Source: Candidatus Latescibacterota bacterium
GTDB taxonomy: Bacteria > Latescibacterota > UBA2968 > UBA8231
NCBI GenBank assembly: GCA_965242865.1
Contig: CBDETK010000013.1
Span: 5,344,001-5,408,000, forward strand
Direction: 5' to 3'
DNA length: 64,000 nucleotides
Within the stretch, counting starts at the first letter, position 1. Every line of letters starts with the position of its first letter. Of this stretch, positions 9,469-18,843 are shown piece by piece. A program made the position numbers and the translations under genes. The notes under the pieces were generated by a model. The model saw only the letters and a program-made list of their open reading frames with translations. It did not search any database and was not told the origin of the DNA.

Positions 9469-10557
9469 ATGGACTTTAATACGGCGCAAAAGTGGTTCCA
9501 ACAGGACCGCATCCGTGAGCTTACAGAATCTTTCGAGGGTCTAAGATTTCTCAAGCTGAGATCCCTTTCGCGTCGTGAACATTTGGAATACCTTTTCTCC
9601 GTTGCAGCTATCGATCCTACTTCGTCGAAAGTGAGTAATCTGTTTAGAGAAGCATTTGAAACCGCTGCACTAGATAATCCTACTATCGACAGTGCCATCA
9701 AGTCAATTTATGCACTCGAACGCGAACAGCGACGGAATTGCGAGGATGAATTGGTCAATCAGCTCTACCGCTTAGAGGTGTTTGATTGGGGAGGACTTCA
9801 TCAAAATAGTCTCGAGAGAACAATCGTCGATAACTATGTAAAAAAGACTCGAGACTACGACCAACTTTCTAATAGTATCGAGAACGAACTACACAATAGC
9901 ATGAGAAGCTATGTACTTTGTTCTTGGTACAATCACTGGACATCAATAATCATTGAGGATGTTTTCCGGGATCATCCATCCGTGTTGCCTGCTGTTGGAT
10001 CAATAAAGAAAATAGACTTTTTTATTAAAGATGTCCCATTTGACTTAAAGGTCACCTATTTACCCGAAGGCTATATCAAACATTGTCGACGAACTATCGG
10101 TAAAAAGCAGGAACTTACTCTTTTGAAACAATGGGCGCGTCGTTGCAAAGTAGCGTTTAGTAAAAGTCTTTCTGACAATCGTCTCCTCCCGGATTTGTGG
10201 AATAAGGCAAGTGATCACCCCTCGGTTGAATCGGTTGAACTTTTATCCGAACTGAGTGATTTTCGCCAGGAACTTATCAGCGAAGCAAAATCAAATCCAG
10301 AGACTCTTATTCAGTGGCTCTATGAAAATCAGGGAGTACGCAGATTTGATGCGTCCAATCGCCTGTTCCTTATCCTCGTTGATTACTCCAATTTCTTTTT
10401 ATCGTGGAAATTAAAACGTGCAAAGCCACTCCTTGACTCAGCAATCAGCAGTTACTTAGATAATACACCATCTTTGCCAGGTCGAATATTGAACTTCACT
10501 TGGGAAGGAACGAATTATACAGTGGTATCGGATGCCATAATCATCACGAAACCGTAA
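9469..10557 (+). CDS. Putative type II restriction endonuclease (PD-(D/E)xK)
   Basis: Follows the MTase by 10 bp, same composition; IIED...IDFFIKDVPFDLK resembles the E..D..(D/E)xK catalytic motif. Confidence 0.6.
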   Translation: MDFNTAQKWFQQDRIRELTESFEGLRFLKLRSLSRREHLEYLFSVAAIDPTSSKVSNLFREAFETAALDNPTIDSAIKSIYALEREQRRNCEDELVNQLYRLEVFDWGGLHQNSLERTIVDNYVKKTRDYDQLSNSIENELHNSMRSYVLCSWYNHWTSIIIEDVFRDHPSVLPAVGSIKKIDFFIKDVPFDLKVTYLPEGYIKHCRRTIGKKQELTLLKQWARRCKVAFSKSLSDNRLLPDLWNKASDHPSVESVELLSELSDFRQELISEAKSNPETLIQWLYENQGVRRFDASNRLFLILVDYSNFFLSWKLKRAKPLLDSAISSYLDNTPSLPGRILNFTWEGTNYTVVSDAIIITKP

Positions 10558-10582
10558 CAAATAAAATTTCAGGAGCAACTTT

Positions 10583-11368
10583 ATGAAACTTGCGTTGATG
10601 CGAGGCGACCTGCTGCGGCCGGTCGCAATGCGCCCCGAGGGGTTTGCGGCGGTGCAGATGTTTTTCGGCTGGGGCGCGGGCGAGGATGCACAGGACCCGT
10701 CGGCCGAAGAGGTTGATGGAGTGCTACAAGAGGCCGATGTCGCGCTGGCGGCCATGACCTTGCACGTCGATCTGGTCGGGCCAAAAGGCGCGGTCCCAGC
10801 CGATGTCGCTAGGCTGGTGCGCTGCGTGGAGAAGACCGCGGCGCTCGACAGGCGTTTCGGCGACAATGCGCGGCCGGTGCTGGTGTGGCATCCGTCGGAG
10901 TATCCAGCAGAGGGCGTGGACGATCGGGCGGTGTTTGAGGGGCTCTGCGCCGGGCTGGCGACCGCGTGTGCAGCCGCCGAGGGAGCTGGCGTGGTCATCG
11001 CGGTGGAAATGACGCGGGCGGGGAGCATCGACGGGGCCGAGCGCTTTTTGCGGGTGCAGGATCGAGTGGGGTCCGCGGCGCTCAAAGTCTGCATGGACGC
11101 GGCGAACTTCGCGCCCGACCGCACTCCGCTGGTACGCGCCGTGCGAATGCTCGGCCCCGACATTGCAATCGCCCACGGCAAGGATGCGCGCTTTGCCGAG
11201 AATGGCGAAGTGGCCGACTACGGGCCGACTGGGTCGGGGTGCTTGGACTATCCGGCTTACATCGGCGCGTTACAGGAGTGGGCGCAGGTGCCCTATTTCG
11301 TCTTGGAGTACTACAAAAATCGCGCTGACCTGCTAAAGGCCCGCGATATTGTGCGCGCTTGTTTGTAG
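10583..11368 (+). CDS. Sugar phosphate isomerase/epimerase (xylose isomerase-like TIM barrel)
   Basis: IAVEM, VCMDAAN, AHGKD, G.G.LDY, VLEY metal-ligand pattern; AGGAG RBS. Confidence 0.8.
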   Translation: MKLALMRGDLLRPVAMRPEGFAAVQMFFGWGAGEDAQDPSAEEVDGVLQEADVALAAMTLHVDLVGPKGAVPADVARLVRCVEKTAALDRRFGDNARPVLVWHPSEYPAEGVDDRAVFEGLCAGLATACAAAEGAGVVIAVEMTRAGSIDGAERFLRVQDRVGSAALKVCMDAANFAPDRTPLVRAVRMLGPDIAIAHGKDARFAENGEVADYGPTGSGCLDYPAYIGALQEWAQVPYFVLEYYKNRADLLKARDIVRACL

Positions 11369-11445
11369 ATGTGTCCCAAATACCATCCTGACGTTGCAAA
11401 GGCATTTCTCACAGACGATCCGATCAATGGAGGCTTTGTTCACTT

Positions 11446-11931
11446 ATGGAAAACAGCTATATCAAAAAGCCAGTAACCTCAAATGAACTCCGCAGCTTGG
11501 CAAAACTGGCCAGCGCGGAAGAGAAGGCATTCTTCGTACGCAATCCGCACTTAGTTGGACCTTACCGGCAGCGTCTGATTCTCGTGGCTCTATGCCAAGG
11601 TGCCGCATGTCAGTATTTAGGCTGTGGTCGCGGGGTAAAAGATTTTGATGTTCATTTTTTTTATGCACAGAATCCGAACAAGCGCAGGTTAAGTCGATCT
11701 GTGAAACACGAATATGAGTGCATAGCCTCTTTTCCAAAAGTACCAATAGACTTTATCCGCACGACTGTTCCTGGGGCACAGCCGAATCTGGAACCAGAGG
11801 CAGCTATTCAGACCGTTCGAGAGTTCTTGCGAAGCAAGCAGACTTCAAACGCGTATCATTTGTCGCTGAAAGCTGTGATCGGGCTCTACCCGAATGAGGT
11901 GTTTGCAGAGCAAGTTTGGCCGATAGGATGA
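11446..11931 (+). CDS. Hypothetical protein, possible Pol-beta-like nucleotidyltransferase
   Basis: LCQGAA...GVKDFDVHFFY resembles hG[GS]..DhDh; GGAGG upstream; AT-richer. Confidence 0.5.
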   Translation: MENSYIKKPVTSNELRSLAKLASAEEKAFFVRNPHLVGPYRQRLILVALCQGAACQYLGCGRGVKDFDVHFFYAQNPNKRRLSRSVKHEYECIASFPKVPIDFIRTTVPGAQPNLEPEAAIQTVREFLRSKQTSNAYHLSLKAVIGLYPNEVFAEQVWPIG

Positions 11932-11947
11932 GCGATGATTACTATTC

Positions 11948-12574
11948 GTGGACAGCACTAGTTCGGAACGCCAAAGGAGAGAGTGGTTGCTCAGAAAACT
12001 TTTTGCTGTATGCGCGCTTGTCGTCGGCTGGTGTGCCGGATGCCAAGCGGAACGTCCGGCGGGCATGGTGCTCTATTTCAAGTCTGGCGACGACATATTT
12101 CTGCTGCTCGCCGATCACCGCGCAAGCGACCGGGGTTGGGCCGCGTACGGCGGGGGTTCCCGCGAGGGCGAAAGCACTGCGGAAACGGCGGCGCGAGAAA
12201 CAGAGGAAGAGACGCGGGGATACTTTCTGCGCGACGATCTGCTGACGAAGATCGAGGGGCAGCAACCCGTGATCGATCGCAATGGCTTTGCCCTGTACTT
12301 CGTGGAAATTCCATTTGTCCCAGCGCAGCTTGTGACCAACAACCCGCTCCCAAGTGTCGATATAGCGTACCTTGAAAGAGGGCCGTACGCTTGGATTCCG
12401 TACTCAGAACTCGACCAATACCTAAGAGGCCCGGTCAACTACGAAAAAAGATACCCCATTGAAGCGACGCTGCTGCCCAGTGGGCAACATACGGCGTGGT
12501 TTTGGCCAATCTGGCTTGGCAAGGTCTGGCGAGCCGTTGAAACCGATGCGATGCCTTGGGAGATCGAGCGTTAG
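11948..12574 (+). CDS. NUDIX hydrolase with signal/lipoprotein-like N-terminus
   Basis: Nudix box GGSREGESTAETAARETEEETRG; hydrophobic stretch ending CAGC; start uncertain. Confidence 0.75.
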   Translation: MDSTSSERQRREWLLRKLFAVCALVVGWCAGCQAERPAGMVLYFKSGDDIFLLLADHRASDRGWAAYGGGSREGESTAETAARETEEETRGYFLRDDLLTKIEGQQPVIDRNGFALYFVEIPFVPAQLVTNNPLPSVDIAYLERGPYAWIPYSELDQYLRGPVNYEKRYPIEATLLPSGQHTAWFWPIWLGKVWRAVETDAMPWEIER

Positions 12575-12645
12575 AACTTGGGCAAAGAGATGCAATCAAA
12601 AAAAACAACATTTCCGCATCAGATAAAACCGACAGAGAGGGCAAC

Positions 12646-13395
12646 ATGAGCGACTTTTTGCGACTCAATTTGCGTTCCCAAAGCCTTACACAGGACGAGG
12701 GCGGGCACGCTATCTGGCGGGTGCAAACCAGCACCCAAGAATGGGCGGCGGACCAAACCGCGCTCTTGCTCTGCGACGTGTGGAACGGCCACTGGTGCCG
12801 CGGCGCGGTTGAGCGCCTCGATGCCATGGTCGAGCGGATGGACGCCGTGGTTCGGGCCGTGCGCGCGGCCGGCGGCCTGATCGTCCACGCGCCTTCGGAT
12901 ACCATGGATTTTTACGCTGATGCGCCGGCGCGTCAGCGCGTACTGGCGGCCCCCCCCGTTGCGCCGCGGCCCGACGCCGAGCGCCCGGATCCGCCCTTGC
13001 CGGTGGATGCCTCGGATCACGGAGCGGACACCGGCGAGACCGAGACCTACAAGGCTTGGAACCGGCAGCATCCGGGCATTGGAATCGACCAAGAGCGCGA
13101 TGTTATTTCAGACCAGGGGACGGAGGTATATAGCTACTTGCAACACCAAGGGATCGCGCATCTGCTGATTATGGGCGTCCATACCAATATGTGCGTTTTG
13201 CACCGGACTTTTGCCATCAAGCAGATGGTGCGCTGGGGAGTGGATGTGGTGCTGATCCGCGACTTGACCGACGCGATGTACAATCCGGCCATGCCGCCCT
13301 ACGTCAGCCACGACGCGGGCACGGGCTTGGTGGTGGAATTTATCGAAAAATTTTGGTGTCCGAGCGTGGAGAGCAAGGATGTAATCGGGGCGTAA
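12646..13395 (+). CDS. Isochorismatase/nicotinamidase-like cysteine hydrolase
   Basis: TALLLCDVW and MGVHTNMCV catalytic motifs; GAGAGG RBS before ATG 12646. Confidence 0.8.
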   Translation: MSDFLRLNLRSQSLTQDEGGHAIWRVQTSTQEWAADQTALLLCDVWNGHWCRGAVERLDAMVERMDAVVRAVRAAGGLIVHAPSDTMDFYADAPARQRVLAAPPVAPRPDAERPDPPLPVDASDHGADTGETETYKAWNRQHPGIGIDQERDVISDQGTEVYSYLQHQGIAHLLIMGVHTNMCVLHRTFAIKQMVRWGVDVVLIRDLTDAMYNPAMPPYVSHDAGTGLVVEFIEKFWCPSVESKDVIGA

Positions 13396-13441
13396 ATCGC
13401 GTGCCATTAACCCAAGTCGCCTATACACACGAAAGATTGCT

Positions 13442-13696
13442 ATGACAAACAAGCTGCAAGACGCCTTTGAAAAGGCTTCACGCCTGAGCGAAGAAGAGCA
13501 GGACGATATTGCCGCGGCCCTCTTGGTAGTGGCCGATAACACGCTGGGGCCAGCAGATGAGGTGGATGAGACGGAATGGGACGCCTTGGTAGGTTCAGCC
13601 TGCTCTCATGCCCTGCTCGAAAAGATGGTAAAGAAGGCACAGAAAGCTGTGGAACGAGGAGATGTTAGTAATTTCGATCCCGGCAATATGGCTTGA
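13442..13696 (+). CDS. Putative type II antitoxin (acidic, 84 aa)
   Basis: LQDAFEKASRLSEEEQDDIAA pattern; TGATG overlap with downstream toxin. Confidence 0.7.
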   Translation: MTNKLQDAFEKASRLSEEEQDDIAAALLVVADNTLGPADEVDETEWDALVGSACSHALLEKMVKKAQKAVERGDVSNFDPGNMA

Positions 13697-13968
13697 TGAA
13701 CTCCAGAGCAACCGCAGACTTCTGGGCGGCATTCTACCGTCTTCCCCGGTCCGTTCAAGCCCAAGCTGTCGTTGCTTACCGGAGATGGAGAAGAAACCCT
13801 CAACAAAGAGGGCTTTTTTTTAAGCAGGTCAAAAGAGGAACCCTGCCGATTTACTCCGTGAGAATCGGACGTGGATGGCGGGCTTTGGGCTATAAAGCCG
13901 ACGAAAACACTATGATCTGGTTTTGGATTGGCTCACATGCCGAATACGACCGTCTTCTTTCAGGATAA
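13696..13968 (+). CDS. RelE/ParE-superfamily toxin
   Basis: Basic 90 aa protein; YSVRIGRGWRALG and WFWIGSHAEYD motifs. Confidence 0.8.
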   Translation: MNSRATADFWAAFYRLPRSVQAQAVVAYRRWRRNPQQRGLFFKQVKRGTLPIYSVRIGRGWRALGYKADENTMIWFWIGSHAEYDRLLSG

Positions 13969-14031
13969 AGAGTTTTACGAGATCCGTGAACAGCTCTCCG
14001 ATCAAGGATCAAAAAGGTACTCAAGACCAGC

Positions 14032-16326
14032 TTGCAAACAACACTTAACAAGGCCATCGGCTGGACGATCGCTGGGCTGGGGCTGATTTGCGGCTCGGTG
14101 ACAGCGCAAGGGGCGGTGCGCGTTGAAGTGCCCATTTTTGAGGGCGGCGCGGGCTTGGACTTTTTCTTTTTTGCCGCCCGCGAATACGAAAAGGTCCGTC
14201 CCGAGGTGCAGGTCGATCTCTACGGCGACCCGCGCATTGCCGACAAGGTGCGGGTGCGGATTCTCGAAGGAACTTTTCCAGAAGTCAGCAACGCCGGCCT
14301 CAACTACTGGGCGCTGATACGCAACGGCGAAATCCTGCCCCTCGACGCCTATCTAGACGGGCCGAGCTGGGACGGAGATCGGACTTGGCGCACGTCCTTC
14401 CTGCCCGGCAGCCTCGACCGCTATGAGCACGAGGGCCAGATTTACGGCATCCCCTTCCTCTATTCGGTGTACGCGGTCTGGTACAACAAAAACATGTTTG
14501 AGGAACACGGCTGGACGCCGCCGCGCACTTGGGACGAGTTTTTCGCCCTCTGCGAGCAAATCCGCGCCGCCGGGATTTGGCCGCTGGCCTTTCAGGGGCG
14601 TTATCCGGGCTATATCGCCGGCGTGACCGACAATGCGTATTACCACCTCGCCGGCCGCGCCCGGTTCTACGAGCAAAAGGAGCTGGTGCCGGGCAGCTTC
14701 GCCAACCCCGAATACGAGGCGGCACTCGGGCTCATTCAGCGCACGGCGCAGGAGTACTTCCAGCCCGGAGCCCTCGGCATGAGCCACACCGAGGCGCAGC
14801 TCGAATTTTTCTTGGACCACACCGCCATGGTCTTTTGCGGCTCTTGGCTCAAAAGCGAGATGATGGGCAAAATCCCCGAAGGCTTCCGCTTGGGCGCGTT
14901 TAATTTGCCCGTGGTCGAGGGCAGCGCCAGCGATCCCGGGGCCATCTACACGAGCGCGGGGTATTACTTTGTCTTCAAAAACAGCGCCCACCCCGAGCTG
15001 GGCGTGGACTTTTTGCGCTTTATGACCTCGCGGGACATGGCCGGCCGCTTCGCCGAGATGCGCGATGTTTTGGTGGCCGTTGATGGGGCGATGGAGGGGC
15101 GAACCAGCGAAGATTTGCAGGACTTGGTGGAGCTGGCGCGACGAGCGACGACCGCTTACGGCACGGCCCCAGGCGAAGGCTTCCCGGAGATGGACCAGTT
15201 CCTCAACGATGTGCGCTTCAAGATCGTCAATGGGCAGCTAACGCCGGAAGAGGGCGTCCAACAGTTGGAGTCGGCGGCTGAGGCCGTGCGCAATCGCAGC
15301 CAGCACCCCGATCAAGTTACCGTCCGCCACCTGTGGAAACCCGCGCTGCTGTTGGGGCTTTTGGTGCTGGCGATGGGCTATTGGTTGTACACCACAGCGC
15401 GGCAGTGGAGCGCAAGGCGGGTCGGCCAAGCTCCCCGGCCTACCAGTACCGTGCGCTTAGGCTGGGCTGGGGTGGGGTTTTTCGTGGGGCCGGCCGCGGC
15501 GTTCTACACGCTCTTCGTGGTGGTGCCCAGCGTCAAGTCCTTCGTCTGGAGCGCGATGCGCTGGGACGGGCTGACCGAGATGGTTTTCGTCGGGCTGTTG
15601 CACTTCCAGCGGCTGCTCTTTGAGAGCGACGAGTTCTGGATCGCGCTGTCGAACAACCTCTTCATCATGTTCGTCATCCCGCTCTGCGTGTTGCCGCTGG
15701 CGTTGTTTTTGGCGGTGTGCATCAGCCGCGAGCTCGTCGGCGCCAAGCTCTTCCGCATCGTCTTCTTCTTTCCCAACATTCTCGGCGGAGTCGCGGCGAC
15801 CCTGCTGTGGATGCACCTATACAATCCACAGGGCGGGCCGATCAACACGGTGTTGGTAGCTTTGGGGTTTGAGGGGTTTGCCGGCTTTGCGTGGCTGGCG
15901 CAGGACAACCTCTACTGGGCGTTGATACCCATGTCAATTTGGGGCGCGGCCGGGTTCAATATGGTGCTGTTTTTGGCGGCGATGGAGAGCATCCCGCAGA
16001 GCCTGTACGAGGCGGCCGACATCGACGGGGCCTCGGCTTGGCGGCAGTTTTGGTCGATTACCGTGCCGCTGATTTGGGAGGTGCTGTCAATCGCGATTGT
16101 GTTTATGATCATCGGCGGGATGAAGGCGTTTGAGGTGATTTGGCTGCTGACCAATCAGCGGCCGACGACCGACAACCACGTAATCGGGACGCGGATGGTG
16201 CAAGCCATGTTTACCGAGTTCAAGGTCGGGGAGGCCACGGCGATTGCCGTGTTGCTCTTTTTGATCGTGTTCTTTGGCACCACCGCGACCTTGCGCGCCA
16301 TGAAGCGCGAAGCCGTGGAGTTTTGA
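14032..16326 (+). CDS. Fused carbohydrate ABC substrate-binding protein plus permease
   Basis: N-terminal SBP (GQIYGIP, WYNKNMFEEHG, P.TWDEF) continuous with a MalF-like permease carrying the EAA loop LYEAADIDGASAWRQFWSIT; start uncertain. Confidence 0.85.
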   Translation: MQTTLNKAIGWTIAGLGLICGSVTAQGAVRVEVPIFEGGAGLDFFFFAAREYEKVRPEVQVDLYGDPRIADKVRVRILEGTFPEVSNAGLNYWALIRNGEILPLDAYLDGPSWDGDRTWRTSFLPGSLDRYEHEGQIYGIPFLYSVYAVWYNKNMFEEHGWTPPRTWDEFFALCEQIRAAGIWPLAFQGRYPGYIAGVTDNAYYHLAGRARFYEQKELVPGSFANPEYEAALGLIQRTAQEYFQPGALGMSHTEAQLEFFLDHTAMVFCGSWLKSEMMGKIPEGFRLGAFNLPVVEGSASDPGAIYTSAGYYFVFKNSAHPELGVDFLRFMTSRDMAGRFAEMRDVLVAVDGAMEGRTSEDLQDLVELARRATTAYGTAPGEGFPEMDQFLNDVRFKIVNGQLTPEEGVQQLESAAEAVRNRSQHPDQVTVRHLWKPALLLGLLVLAMGYWLYTTARQWSARRVGQAPRPTSTVRLGWAGVGFFVGPAAAFYTLFVVVPSVKSFVWSAMRWDGLTEMVFVGLLHFQRLLFESDEFWIALSNNLFIMFVIPLCVLPLALFLAVCISRELVGAKLFRIVFFFPNILGGVAATLLWMHLYNPQGGPINTVLVALGFEGFAGFAWLAQDNLYWALIPMSIWGAAGFNMVLFLAAMESIPQSLYEAADIDGASAWRQFWSITVPLIWEVLSIAIVFMIIGGMKAFEVIWLLTNQRPTTDNHVIGTRMVQAMFTEFKVGEATAIAVLLFLIVFFGTTATLRAMKREAVEF

Positions 16327-16328
16327 AC

Positions 16329-17186
16329 GTGGCCGAGCACCGCAAGTTTTCCTTTGCCAAACCCTTCGTCTACTTGGTGCTGTGCGGCTATCTGACGATT
16401 GTGGTCTATCCGATGCTGTGGCTGCTCTACACTTCCCTAAAGACGGACCGCGAGATTTTCCTCAACCCCTTCAGCCTGCCCGAGCTCGATGCCTTGCAGT
16501 GGATCAACTTTGCCAACGCTTGGACTAAGGGACACTTCGGCGACTACTTCTTCAACAGCGTCTTTTTGACCATCTCAACGGTGGGGGTCTCCATGCTGCT
16601 GGCGGCGATGGCGGCCTACGCGCTGGCCCGCTTTAGCTTCTTTGGGGTGCGGCCGATGTTTTTCTACTTCTTGGCCGGGCTGATGATTCCGTTGCAACTG
16701 TCCATTGTGCCGCTCTTTTTTCAGATGAAGGACTTTGGGCTGCTCAACTCGCGGCTGGGCATCCTGATAGTCTATGTGGCCTTTGGGATGCCGTTTGCCA
16801 TCTTTATCCTCACTGGGTTTTTCAAGTCATTGCCCTCGGGGTTGCACGAGTCCGCACTGATCGATGGGGCCGGGGAGTTCCGGGCGTTTTGGTCGATCAT
16901 GCTGCCGTTGGCGCGGCCCGGGCTTATTACGGTGGGCATCTTCGCCTTTTTGGGAACTTGGAACGAGTTTTTCATGGCCTTTATGTTCCTGTCTGGGGAG
17001 GGGTCGCAGGCGTTGCGCACCCTGCCGTTGGGGTTGGCCAACATCACCATTGTCAGCCAGTATCGCAGCGATTGGGGCATGGCCTTTGCCGGGTTGGTGC
17101 TGATCATGGCCCCGACGATGCTGGTGTATGCTTTCCTACAGCAATACTTGACGAAGGGGATCACTGTTGGGGCACTCAAGGGGTAG
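16329..17186 (+). CDS. Carbohydrate ABC transporter permease (MalG-like)
   Basis: EAA loop LHESALIDGAGEFRAFWSIMLPL, C-terminal GALKG; GTG 2 bp after upstream stop. Confidence 0.9.
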   Translation: MAEHRKFSFAKPFVYLVLCGYLTIVVYPMLWLLYTSLKTDREIFLNPFSLPELDALQWINFANAWTKGHFGDYFFNSVFLTISTVGVSMLLAAMAAYALARFSFFGVRPMFFYFLAGLMIPLQLSIVPLFFQMKDFGLLNSRLGILIVYVAFGMPFAIFILTGFFKSLPSGLHESALIDGAGEFRAFWSIMLPLARPGLITVGIFAFLGTWNEFFMAFMFLSGEGSQALRTLPLGLANITIVSQYRSDWGMAFAGLVLIMAPTMLVYAFLQQYLTKGITVGALKG

Positions 17187-17243
17187 AAAGGCATCGACGG
17201 CGCGATTGAAGTGAAGGCTGCTACCGATGACGCTTGCCATCGC

Positions 17244-18626
17244 CTACTCCCCCACCGCCCGCGCCGCCTCGCCTACGACCTCTGACAGCGCGGGATGCGC
17301 GTGGACGGTGCGGGCCACATCCTCGGCACTGGCACCGAACTCTAGGGCCAAGACGCCCTCGGCAATCAAGTGCGAAGCCTGCGGCCCTAGGATGTGCATC
17401 CCCAAGAGTTGGTCGGTGTGTGCATCGGCGACGACCTTGACTAGGCCGTCGGTGTCGTCCATGCAGTGGGCGCGGGCATTGCCGCGAAATGGGTACTTGC
17501 CGATGGTGACCTCGCGGCCGGCCTCAATGGCCGCTTCCTCGCTCGCGCCGACCGAGGCCAGTTCTGGATGGGTGTACACGACCGCCGGGATGGCCTCGTA
17601 GTTGACCTGTCCGGCGCACCCGGCCATCCGCTCGGCAACCGCGATTCCTTCGGCCTCGGCCTTGTGGGCCAGCATCGCCCCGGGCACGAGGTCGCCGATG
17701 GCCCAGATCCCCTCGACATTGGTGCGCCCTTGCCCGTCAACCAAGACCTGTCCCCGCTCGTTGATTGCCACGCCCACGTCTTCCAGCCCCAATCCCGCAC
17801 TGCATGGCTTGCGCCCCACAGCTACTAATACAAGATCGCACGGCTCGACGCGCTCCTGATCGTCGGCCGCTATGGTCAGCGTCACTTGGCCCTCTGCGAT
17901 CGCGGCCGCTTGGGCCTTGGCTCCGAGCAGGAATTGTAGCCCCTGTCGCTTGAGCAGCCGCTCTAGCTGCTGGGCCATCTCGCGGTCCATCCCCGGCAAA
18001 ATCTGCTCCATGGCCTCCACGACGAGCACTTGGACGCCCAGCCGCGACCACACGGACCCCAACTCCAGCCCAATGGCACCGCCGCCAATGACGACGAGCC
18101 GCTCAGGCACCTTTTCTAGGGTTAGGGCCTCGGTCGAACTGATTACGTGCTCGCGGTCAAAGGGTAGGTTCGGCAGCTCCACGGGCGCACTCCCGGTGGC
18201 CAGCAAAATGTGCTTGGCTGACAGCACCTGTTCGCCATCGGCACCCTGCACCGCCACGCTGCCCGGGGCGAGGACTTGGCCCGCGCCGACGAAATGCGTC
18301 ACTCTTCGGCCCTTAAACAACCCCTCAATGCCCTTGGTCATGGTTTGGACGATCTTCTCTTTCCGCGCCATCATGGCCCGCAGGTCCAAGCCCACTTCGC
18401 CCTGCCCGATGCCGTGGTGCGCCAACCCCTTCTTGGCCCTGTAGAACAAGGCACTCGACTCCAGTAGGGCCTTGCTGGGGATGCAGCCGACGTTGAGGCA
18501 GGTGCCGCCGAGGTAGTTTTTGTCGATGCAGGCCACCTTCATGCCGAGTTGCGCCGCCTTGCTCGCGGCTACGTAGCCGCCGGGTCCTGCGCCGATGACC
18601 ACTAAGTCGAATGCAGTATCGCTCAC
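17244..18626 (-). CDS. lpdA: Dihydrolipoamide dehydrogenase (E3)
   Basis: IGAGPGGY, GGTCLNVGCIPSK, HAHPALSE; downstream of sucAB; GTG start at 18626. Confidence 0.95.
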   Translation of the reverse strand: MSDTAFDLVVIGAGPGGYVAASKAAQLGMKVACIDKNYLGGTCLNVGCIPSKALLESSALFYRAKKGLAHHGIGQGEVGLDLRAMMARKEKIVQTMTKGIEGLFKGRRVTHFVGAGQVLAPGSVAVQGADGEQVLSAKHILLATGSAPVELPNLPFDREHVISSTEALTLEKVPERLVVIGGGAIGLELGSVWSRLGVQVLVVEAMEQILPGMDREMAQQLERLLKRQGLQFLLGAKAQAAAIAEGQVTLTIAADDQERVEPCDLVLVAVGRKPCSAGLGLEDVGVAINERGQVLVDGQGRTNVEGIWAIGDLVPGAMLAHKAEAEGIAVAERMAGCAGQVNYEAIPAVVYTHPELASVGASEEAAIEAGREVTIGKYPFRGNARAHCMDDTDGLVKVVADAHTDQLLGMHILGPQASHLIAEGVLALEFGASAEDVARTVHAHPALSEVVGEAARAVGE

Positions 18627-18719
18627 GATTTTCCTCTTTGCGTGATTAGTCAGACAGTCACCTGACGAACTTCCAAATGTCGCCAAACGAGAAATGATCG
18701 AACGTTTTTAGGTGGTAGA

Positions 18720-18744
18720 ATGTTGGCACGGCTTTTGCGATACA
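18720..18744 (+). promoter_or_regulatory. Sigma-54 -24/-12 promoter with no annotated downstream gene (antisense to sucB 3' end)
   Basis: TTGGCACGGCTTTTGC matches TGGCAC-N5-TTGC; 24 of 25 nt identical to 33828-33852. Confidence 0.7.
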
Positions 18745-18843
18745 GGGAAGAAGACGAATCCTACGGAATCTCGGCCGAAGAGCATGTCTTTTTACCTTTT
18801 TGCCCATCGGCGTTTCTTCGCTAAGACCGGCGACAACCGCCCG

